The translations under genes were made by a program, and so were the position numbers. DNA of 64,000 nt from Myxococcales bacterium. Its GTDB lineage: Bacteria > Myxococcota_A > UBA9042. The notes below the pieces were generated by a model. The model ran no database searches and had not been told where the DNA came from. It saw nothing but the letters and a program-made list of their open reading frames with translations. Positions 1-8,800 of the stretch are shown piece after piece. The stretch covers positions 98 through 64,097 of the forward strand of contig JBBISH010000020.1 of NCBI GenBank assembly GCA_037441385.1, read 5' to 3'. Each line of letters begins with the position of its first letter. Within the stretch, counting starts at the first letter, position 1.

Positions 1-72
1 CCAACCCGTCGCGAATTTCGGGTTTGCAGTACTAGTAGCTATCCGGTAAGGCAGGCGCGATCGCGCAGTGAT

Positions 73-900
73 CTACTGGAAGTAGGCCGCGTGCAGCGAC
101 GGCATCGCAAACGGCAGGATGAAGATGGTCAGCACGGACACGCCAAAGCAGCCCAGCGTCCACCACACCAGCCGCTCGCCCTTGAGGCCAAAAAAGCGGA
201 TGACGTGCAGCAAGGTGGCGTAGCTGAGCAGGGTGATCAGCGACCAGGTCTCGATGACGTCCCAGCCCCAGTAGCGGCCCCAGGACTGATTGGCCCAGAT
301 GGCGCCCGCGACGATGGTGGTCGCCCAGAACACCAGGCCAAAGCCCACAAACCGCCCGCAGTACGCTTCCAAGGCCTCGGCGCTGGGCAGGCGATCCAGC
401 CACGGCCCCCGTTTGCCACGCAGCTTGCGGTGCAGGGTCACCGCGGACGCCACGCTGAGCACAAAGGCCGCCACCGCCAGCTTGTTGAAGAACACGTGGA
501 AGACCAGCCAGATCGACCGCAGGGTCGGCGGGAGGTCGCGCACCTCAGGGTTGGCGAACAACCCCAGTCCCATCATCAAGAAGCTGACAGGCAGGGCCAC
601 GAGCGCCACTGCGGTCCACTTGGGCCGCCGCCACAAGAATACCAGCAGCATCACCAGCGTGATCCAGGCGTTCGACGACAGCACCTCGTACTTGAGCATG
701 TACGGCCCGTGCCCCGAGTGCTGCCAGCGCACAATCAGCGCCGCCGAGTGGGGTAGCAGGCCCGCCCACACCAGCCACGAGCCGTAGCGGGCGCGCTGCG
801 GATGGTCGAACACTACGCTGTGGGCAAAGGCAATGGTGGCCAAGATGTACAGGGCCACGGCGGCCCAGTGCAGCGAGTAGTCTAAGACTAGTGAATTCAA
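73..900 (-). CDS. ccsA: Cytochrome c biogenesis protein CcsA/ResC (System II)
   Basis: Multi-TM protein with the WWD motif GAIWANQSWGRYWGWDVIETWS and conserved His residues; last gene of an operon with a ResB-like gene. Confidence 0.92.
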   Translation of the reverse strand: MNSLVLDYSLHWAAVALYILATIAFAHSVVFDHPQRARYGSWLVWAGLLPHSAALIVRWQHSGHGPYMLKYEVLSSNAWITLVMLLVFLWRRPKWTAVALVALPVSFLMMGLGLFANPEVRDLPPTLRSIWLVFHVFFNKLAVAAFVLSVASAVTLHRKLRGKRGPWLDRLPSAEALEAYCGRFVGFGLVFWATTIVAGAIWANQSWGRYWGWDVIETWSLITLLSYATLLHVIRFFGLKGERLVWWTLGCFGVSVLTIFILPFAMPSLHAAYFQ

Positions 901-1460
901 GGTTTTGTCTCCGCTTGGCCGGACAGGGTGGTCGCCCCTTTGCCGTGGCTGATGCCGGCGGGCTGTAGGGCGAGTGCGGCCGCGCGGCCCACGACTGGAT
1001 CGGCAGCAAACGCCACGTGGTCGACGAGCCAGTGCTCGCCCGGCTTGGTCAGGAAGTATCGCATGGTGTACGAGTCGTCCGAAGGTGCGCCTTGTACGGT
1101 GCCGTCGCCAATGCGCCGATCCGCATAGTGCCAGCGCTCTACCGTATCGACTTGAATGGCGTCCGGATTGCGCTCCACCCGCACCACTTTGAGTTCCAGC
1201 AGCTTTGCATCAAGCGTCAGGCCCATGTCACTCTTGGCGCCCACGAGTCCCACGATCTTCTTGCCCTCAGCCGTGCCGGTCACGGCATCGACCTTGGTGG
1301 GGTCCGACAGGCGGTAGGCCTCGATCACACACCGGTTGTACTCGCGAACTAAGTCTTCGGCGCGCTGATCAGAGAGGGTCGAACTGGCCTGCCACAGCCA
1401 AACGCCCACCAGGCCGACCGCAAGCGTGGCGGCGGCCAGACCCAAAGTATTCTTCTTCAT
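897..1460 (-). CDS. Membrane-anchored hypothetical protein (NTF2/IMS-like fold suspected) inside the ccs operon
   Basis: N-terminal hydrophobic anchor; 4-bp overlaps with both neighbours; helix then beta-rich pattern (VDTVERWHY...YTMRYFL...WLVD). Confidence 0.7.
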   Translation of the reverse strand: MKKNTLGLAAATLAVGLVGVWLWQASSTLSDQRAEDLVREYNRCVIEAYRLSDPTKVDAVTGTAEGKKIVGLVGAKSDMGLTLDAKLLELKVVRVERNPDAIQVDTVERWHYADRRIGDGTVQGAPSDDSYTMRYFLTKPGEHWLVDHVAFAADPVVGRAAALALQPAGISHGKGATTLSGQAETKP

Positions 1461-2761
1461 GAGCGAACCTCATTGCCGCCCTCTGTGCGCACCAACTCGT
1501 CAAAGCGCTCGCGAAACAGCGGGACAAAGCGCAGCGGCCTCATGCGAATCACCACGTGCTCACGGTCGCCAAGGGGGTCGACGCGCACCATCCACGCCAC
1601 CGGCGTCACTCCGTAAATCAGCAAGGCGCCCAAAAGGCCGCTCGCCAGACCGAGCCAGGCGAGCCAAAGCGTTGCATCGCGGCGTGCGCGAAACTGCGAC
1701 CAGTGGCGGATTTCAGCGATTGCCAGATGTTGGCCCTGCCCCAGATTCACGCCTTGTCCCGGCGCGAGCGGCCCGGCGTAGCGCAGCCCGCTGTCGATCA
1801 GCACCCGCGCAAAGACCTGGTTGGGCAGTGCGCCCGATCGGCTCCGGTCGGCGCGCAAATGAACCTCGATACCGCGCACGGTGCCGCTGTATTCCAGGGC
1901 GTCGCCAGCCACGTCGCGGAGCAGGACAGCTACGGGAACTTGATCGCCGCGCCCAGCGTCCAACAAGACCGCAGGGCCACCATCTGCGGTCAGGTACATG
2001 CGCTCGTTGTCGATGTCAAGGGGGGTGTTGACTGCAATTTCATGGTCTTCGCTCGCAGGTCCCGCGCCCAGTCGAATGTGTGCCGACATCTCCTTCAGCT
2101 TGCCGGACGGGTAGCGCGTAGTCACGAGCTTGTCGAACCTTACCGACTTGCCTACCTGCATCGGCTCTGCGAGCGCACCACGCCATTGTCGCGCCCAAGC
2201 GGTGGTGTCGCCCGCCGCGAGCGTTTCGCCCTCCACAAGATCGATGACGCCGTTGCACTCCAGCAACATGCGCCCAAATCCTGCAACAACACAAAGGACT
2301 AGGCCCAGATGAAGCATGGCTGCGCCGGCATAGCCTACGCGACCGCTCTGCCCAAGCTGGATGGCTGGCCCACCGCGCGCCGGGCGCTCAAATTCGACCC
2401 GAAAGGGCGCGCTCGCCAGCGCCGCTTCGGTCACCGGCCTTTGCCACGTCCGCACCAATATCCGTATTTGCTCAACAAGCACCAACCCCAAGGATGCCAG
2501 AATCAGTCCCACCAGTACCAAGAACCAAGCCGAGGTCGCCACTTGGTCCAATTGCAGCAGACGCACAAACTGGGCCGAGCGCGGCCAGTCGGCCTCAAAG
2601 CGATGCAGTTGCAGCGCCGTAGCGTCATCGGCCTGGGGGACGATGGTCATCACCACACACGCCGCGGTAAAGGCGACCACTTCCGCGACGATGGTGCGCG
2701 GTCCGCGCAAGAGCCGGCGGAGGTATCGCCTGATAACGGCAAAGTGGGGCATGGGCGGCAT
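1457..2761 (-). CDS. resB: Cytochrome c biogenesis protein ResB/CcsB
   Basis: N-terminal TMs with IVPQ and SAWF motifs, His in third TM (MLHLGLVL), large periplasmic domain with IAVNTPL, C-terminal TM; next to ccsA. Confidence 0.85.
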   Translation of the reverse strand: MPPMPHFAVIRRYLRRLLRGPRTIVAEVVAFTAACVVMTIVPQADDATALQLHRFEADWPRSAQFVRLLQLDQVATSAWFLVLVGLILASLGLVLVEQIRILVRTWQRPVTEAALASAPFRVEFERPARGGPAIQLGQSGRVGYAGAAMLHLGLVLCVVAGFGRMLLECNGVIDLVEGETLAAGDTTAWARQWRGALAEPMQVGKSVRFDKLVTTRYPSGKLKEMSAHIRLGAGPASEDHEIAVNTPLDIDNERMYLTADGGPAVLLDAGRGDQVPVAVLLRDVAGDALEYSGTVRGIEVHLRADRSRSGALPNQVFARVLIDSGLRYAGPLAPGQGVNLGQGQHLAIAEIRHWSQFRARRDATLWLAWLGLASGLLGALLIYGVTPVAWMVRVDPLGDREHVVIRMRPLRFVPLFRERFDELVRTEGGNEVRS

Positions 2762-2817
2762 CGGTGGTCGTCTAACTCTCTCGCCAGCCCAGTGGTCTAG
2801 CTGTCTGCGGCCGGCAG

Positions 2818-5800
2818 CTACCAGTTCTCAGTTTGCGCGCCAGCGGGGTGGTCGCCGCTGCAGCCCGACGTCGCGGTTGCGGCGCAGTTGCTCGTGCTAT
2901 AGCCGGACGTTGGTGTAGTTCCCTTAGTAAACGCGGCGATCCACATGTTGGCCTTGTTGCCTTGGTAGGCCATGCGCGCGGGCATGTTGGCGCTGTCGCT
3001 GTCGCCGATCAGGCGCGACATACCGCTGCCGTGGGGCACAAGGACGTGGCATCGGATGCAGGCGACGCTGCTGTGGTTGCCGGTGTTGTGCACCGTGTTG
3101 TTCGAGTTCGTCATCGTATGGCAGTTTCGGCAGAACACGCCCGTGTTGCTGCCGATGGTATACAGAGTGCCTGTTGCGTTGGCCGGCCACAAGGTGTTGG
3201 TGCCCTTGAGCAGGAATGCTACTGCCGAACCGTGCGGGCCTTGGGCTGCTGGCGTCGTAACACCCTCACCGTGGCAATCCGAGCAGTACATGGTCTGCGT
3301 GCCCACGCTGCTCCAGGCGGCCGTCATCGCTGCAGCAGTGAGGGCCTTGGCTGTGAGTGCGTTGGTCCGCGAAGCGTCGTTCAGTGCCACTGTCACCGGG
3401 TGGATCGAGCGGTTCTTGGGGCTGAAGTCGCGGGCCACGTCCGTCCAGTTCGCGTTCCACGTCGCGAGGTTGGTGTTGGCGCCCGAGTGGCACTTGAAGC
3501 AGATCTCGTACTCCTTGGTCGCGGTGCCCAGCGCGTACGACGAGGCGGTCGACCAGTTGGTCGTGGTGGCCCAGGTCGCCACCGCACCGCTCACGCCCGT
3601 CAAAGTGCCCGACACGGCGTTGGTCTTGAGCGCGTGGATGCCCGCCGTCGCTGCGTGCGGGTTGTGGCAGTCTTCGCACTCCACGTGCTTGTTGGCGGCG
3701 ATGTAGGCCAGGTTTTCGTCGGTGGTATTGGCGCGGTGACGGCCGTTGTAGGTGTAGACGCCGTGGCTGTAGCCGGCGGCGCTAGTGGTCTTGCTGAAGC
3801 TGAGGGTGGTTGGCATCAGCAAGTTGCCGGCTGCGGTTGCGCCGAACACATATCCAAGCACGTAACTACCGCCCGTCGCTACGGTATTGGTCTCGATCTC
3901 CATGTCCAGGATCAGCGCGTCGCCCGAAGTCAGGGTGGCGGCGCCGCCGGCGAAAGTGATTGTCAGCGGTGTGCCTGGGCTGGTGGTGCCCCAGGTCTGG
4001 GTGTCGCTGGTCCAGTCCTTGACGATCGTGCCTTCTACGTCGGTCGACTTCCAGGTCGCCAGGCGGTAGCGCACCCGTGCCTTGGCGTTGGCGCTGCTGT
4101 TGTAGGCGTTGACGGTGATGGTCCAGTTGCCGGCCGCGACCGCGGTGGTGGCCGACACGGCCGGCGAGACGAAGGTGACCCGCCGCCACTTGCTGGTGCC
4201 GGTGGGCACGGTCTCGGCCGTTGCCGATTGGGTCTCGTTGGCCACGGCGGTTGTGCCTGCCGACATGCTGCGCGCGACCCAGGTGCCGCCGATGGGGCCG
4301 CCAGTGGTCGTGGTGAAGCTCAGCGCAGCCGGCAAGACCAACGAAGCGTTCGATGTGGCGTTGCCAAAGAAGAAGCTGGCGGTGCCACCGGCGGTTGGGG
4401 CGTTCGTGTAGTACTCGACTTCTAGGAACAGCTTGTCGCCCACGGCAAAGGTGGCCGCCGTGTTCGTCGTGAAGGCAATCGCCCAATTGCCAGCAGTGGT
4501 GGGTGCTTCGGTGGCGTACTGGGCCACGGGCTCGAGTGTAGTCCCCAGGGCGTTGGCCGCGGTCCACCGGTAAAGAGCATAGCGCGCAAACAAGTTCATG
4601 TTGGCCGACGACTCTTGCACGCGCACGTTCAACGTCAGGCTCGCACCAGCCGCGATGGTCGCCGCGGTCGCGATCGGCGGCGACAAGAACTGCGCCAAGT
4701 GATAGTAGCGGCTGCTGGTGTTGGTGGTCTGCGTGATCGTCTCTTGAGTGGTGCCCGCCGTGGGCATCATCGACCGCTGCTGCAGCGTAGTGGTGCCTGC
4801 GTACGTACCGCTGGCGAGCTGGAACGCCGTTGGCATCGTTCCGCTGGGCGCCGGGCCGTCCGTTGCCGAGCGCAAGTACAGGGTATTGCTCGACACCGTG
4901 CTGACCACGGCGTCCGTTGACTGCGCCGCCGGCATCGGTTCCGCCGCCGCCTCGGCCGCCAATGGCTTGAAGTACAGCTGGTTGGTCGACGAGACGGTGG
5001 TGGTGGTCCGACCATACTGGAACTGACCGTAGACCGACTCGGCCGCGGACGACATGGTCGCGACGTTGTAGTAGTCCTTGAGCGTGGTCGTCTTGGCCGG
5101 TCCACCGCCGGGCGTGGTGTCGGTGGTCTTGTGGTGGCAGCGGAAACAGAAGTCCTCTTCGGCGGCGTCGTGCGGCGCGGTCTGTCCCAGGGGAGCGCGC
5201 AGCGACCGATCGGCGCTGGCGTGCAACGCAAAGCGGTTGGTCCCGTTCTGCTGGGCCGTGGTGCTGCCGTCGTTGTGGCACTTGACGCAGTCCACGGTGA
5301 ACGCCGAGTTGCCGTTGGTGAACTGCCCGGCGACCGTGAAGGTGTGCCGCGAGGCTGCGTAGTTGGCGGCGTTGATGGCGGGCGTTACGGTCGTGCCGTC
5401 GGCCAACTGGTCGGCGCTGCTCTTGTTCTGCACGTTGACGTGGCAGTTGAGGCAGAGGCCCTTGCTGGCAAACGCCGCGTCGTATTCGCGGTTGGTGTAG
5501 AAGCCGGGCGTGGTGTCGCCGGGGGCCGAATTGGCCGGCGGGTTGCCGGCTGGCGGACCGCTGGCGATGCGCGACCGCAGATTGGCGCCGCGGCCCAAGG
5601 TGTTCGAAGTGTTGAGATCTGGGCGGAACACGTTGTGGTCGGCGTGGCATTGCACGCACGCCTTGTCCTTGTCCGTGGTGGCCAGCGTTGGGGTGGCCGA
5701 CGTGGTGTAGGTGGTGATTCCGCCTGTCAAATTGGCGCCCGTCTCCACCACGTGGTGGTAGGTGGTCGTGCGGGAGGTGGCGGCCACGTCGATGCCGTAC

Positions 5801-8800
5801 GGGTGGCACGAGACGCAGTCGGTATTGCCGCCCGATTCGCCGGGTTTGAAGCCGTCGGCGTGCGAGTGGCAGCCTACGCAGTTGCCGGCATAGTGCTGAC
5901 CGCCGTCGCTGCCGCCGCTGTTGCGGAAGCGCGCCGATCCGTCCGAATTCTTGGTCATGGTGTGGCACACTTCGCACACGCCGTTGCCCGGAGTCGTCAC
6001 GCCCGCGAAGCTGAAATCGGCTTTGCCGGTCAGGCTGCGGAAGTCCACGGCCTTGACCCCGCTGTTGGGCGTGGTGATCGACTCGCGCAGCAAGTAGATG
6101 TTCTTGGAGTCGTGGGTGTCGTGGCAGGTCCGGCACGTGAACGTTGCGCCCCAAGTGCCGTACTGGGTCGACGTGGTGCTGCTGTTGTGCAGTTTGACTT
6201 TGTGGCAGCCCGTGCAGGCCGTGTCGTCGTTGGTGCGGCGCAGCAGATTGCCGTCGCCGGCTCCACCAGGCGCGCCGTCGTGGGTCGCCGAATTCGAATC
6301 GGCGTAGTGCACGGCGTGGCAGGTCAAGCAAGCGACCTTGCCGGTCGTGTAGCTGGCGCTGCCCGCATTGTCGAGCACCAAGTTGTTGGTGGTGTTGCCG
6401 TCGTTGTCGATGCGATAGGTCACGCCCACGGCGATCGCGCTGGGGAGTGCCGCGGCCCAGGTGATCTGCGTGGCCGTGGCAGTGGCGATCAGGCGCGTGG
6501 TGTTCTTGTTGGCGCCGCTGGTGAAGCGCACCCACTTGCCGGCCAACCCGGTGAACGCGCCGGCGGTGTTGGTCAGCGAGGTGGTGGTACCCGCCGTGGC
6601 GGTGCCGCTCTTGGCGTCCATTTGCGCCGTGCCATCCGTGTCGACCGGCGTGGCGGCAAACAGCGGGCTGGTCGGGATCACCACGGACACCGGGTGACTT
6701 AGCTTGTTGCCCGTGTACGTGGTGGCGTCTTGGACATTGCGCACCGTGTGGCAGGCCACGCAGAGCTGCCCAGAGACCGTGTCCATGCGCAAGAAGTGCC
6801 GGCCCTGGCTGCCCGCCGCGGCTGGGGCAAACGGGTCGGCAGGCGTCTTGGTCTGCGAGTGTTGGTCGTGGCAACCCGAACAGAGCAGGGTAGTGCCGCC
6901 CGTGCCCAGGTGCTTGGCCACCGTGGGATCCGTGGGCGCACTGGCGCCAAACGCGGCGTTGTTCAACGCGGAATCCCAGCGGTGCGAAGTACCCGACACC
7001 CCTGGCACGGCCTGATCACTGCTGGACCAGTTCAGGCCCTTGAGCGAGTGGCAATTGAGGCACAAGTTCTGGTTCGACGCGTTGCTGGTCAGGTTGGCTC
7101 CCAACGTGTTGTGACCCACGTGGCAGTCCTCGCAGACATTGACCAGGTTGGCGGCGTTGTGCGGTGGGTCACTGGCGCGCGCGAGCGGGGGCAGCACCAA
7201 CGTCACGGCAACGGCGGGCAGCAGCCAAGCGGGGAGCCGGCGCCGCAGCAACACAACGGCCAGGATCGCCAAGATCAGCAGGGCCGGCATGCCCGCGCTC
7301 CCGCGCGTCTGGGCCGAGCAACCGCTGTCGCTGGGTGGCGCCGCGCTGACGCCCGGCTTGGGCGTGGACTTGCTGTCTGCGTCGGTTTGCAGCGCATCGG
7401 CCTGGCTATCCAGACCAACATCGGCCGCCTCGCTGTCTTGCCCCGTCGCCGAATCGTTGCCAGTCTGGGCATCGCTGGTGGCTTGGCTGTCGGCAGGGGC
7501 CTGGGCATCTCCGCCGATCTCAGCAGTGCTGGCGTCGCTGCCGCTCGCGTCGGCGTCGGGCGCTTCGCTGTCGCCAGCGCTATCGGCATCACTGGTGTCG
7601 CCGGCGACGGCGTCCGCGTTGCCCGCATCGCTCCCACTGGTTCCTGTAGCGTACATGCCGACTTGCAGCGGCGCCGAGCGCAGCTCGCCGTCGTCCACCC
7701 GTAGCTCGAACATGTACAGACCGGCCAGCGGTGGTGTCACGCTCAGCACTGCCGCGTGCGGATCAGACAGCGTGAGGCGCGGGCCGCTGATCTGGGTCCA
7801 AGTGTAGTTCACGCTCTTGCCGTCCGGGTCCCAGCTCGGCGTGCCGTCGAATTGAGTCGTCTCGCCCGCCGCGATCGTGCTGTCCAAATCGGCGACCTTG
7901 GCCAAGGGAACGGCATTGCCAAGCGGATCGTCGACCGTGATGGTCGCTCGCGCGCTGGCGCCAGCGCCCAGGGCCGACGCAGTCTGCAACTCAAAGACGT
8001 AGGTGCCGGGATCGATCGGCACAAAGCTGGTCTTGCAGTCGGCATTCTCGGCCATGGGTACATGGACGCCTTCGATCTGCTTCCAGGTGCAGGTGGGCTG
8101 GCTGCCGTCGGGTACGTAGCTCGCCGAACCGTCGAGTGCCACGGTTTCTGCTGTGTTTGCGGCAAGATGCGGTGTGAGCACCGCCCGCGCCGGACCCGAG
8201 GTGTCGCTGTCGACCAGGATCGTGGCGCGCGCGGCCGGGCTGTCCCACGTGCCGTCGTTGACGACGAGCTGGAATTCGTAGCGGCCGGCCTGGACTGGCG
8301 TGAACGTCACGGCCTTGGGGCCGGCGGCGGCCAAAGCGACCGGAGCGCCGGCAACCTGTTTCCAGCTGTACGTCAAGTTGGCGACCTCTAGGTCGCGGCT
8401 GGTTCCGCCGTCGAGCAGGACGCTTTGGCCGACTTGGCCGACCTCGGGCGCGACGATCGCGGCGACCGGCACCGTGTTGCCCACGTCGCCCACGACCACC
8501 GACGTTTGCACCGGCGCCGATGGCTGGCTGCCGTCGTTGGCCACTAGCTCAAAGGTATAGACACCAGCCTGGCTGGGCACAAACGACGGGCTGGCGGTCT
8601 CGCCGGCCGTCAGCGCGGCGCTCGCGCCCGACGTCTGCTTCCAGGTGTACGCAAGCGGCGACCCGTTGGCATCCCGGCTGAAGCGGGCGTCCAGGGTCAC
8701 TGCGGCACCGACCGCGGCGCTCAGCTCGGGGCCGGCATCCGCCGTGGGCGCAACGTTTTGCACGGCTACCGTGGCGCTAGTGGGGCCCTGGCTGATCTTG

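Noticed and set aside
3866-6874. Long alternative-frame ORFs (e.g. 3866-6874, 54489-57371, 54928-58161, 26599-28632, 43246-45495)
   Set aside because: Arg/Pro/Gly-rich shadow frames overlapping well-supported genes, expected in high-GC DNA.
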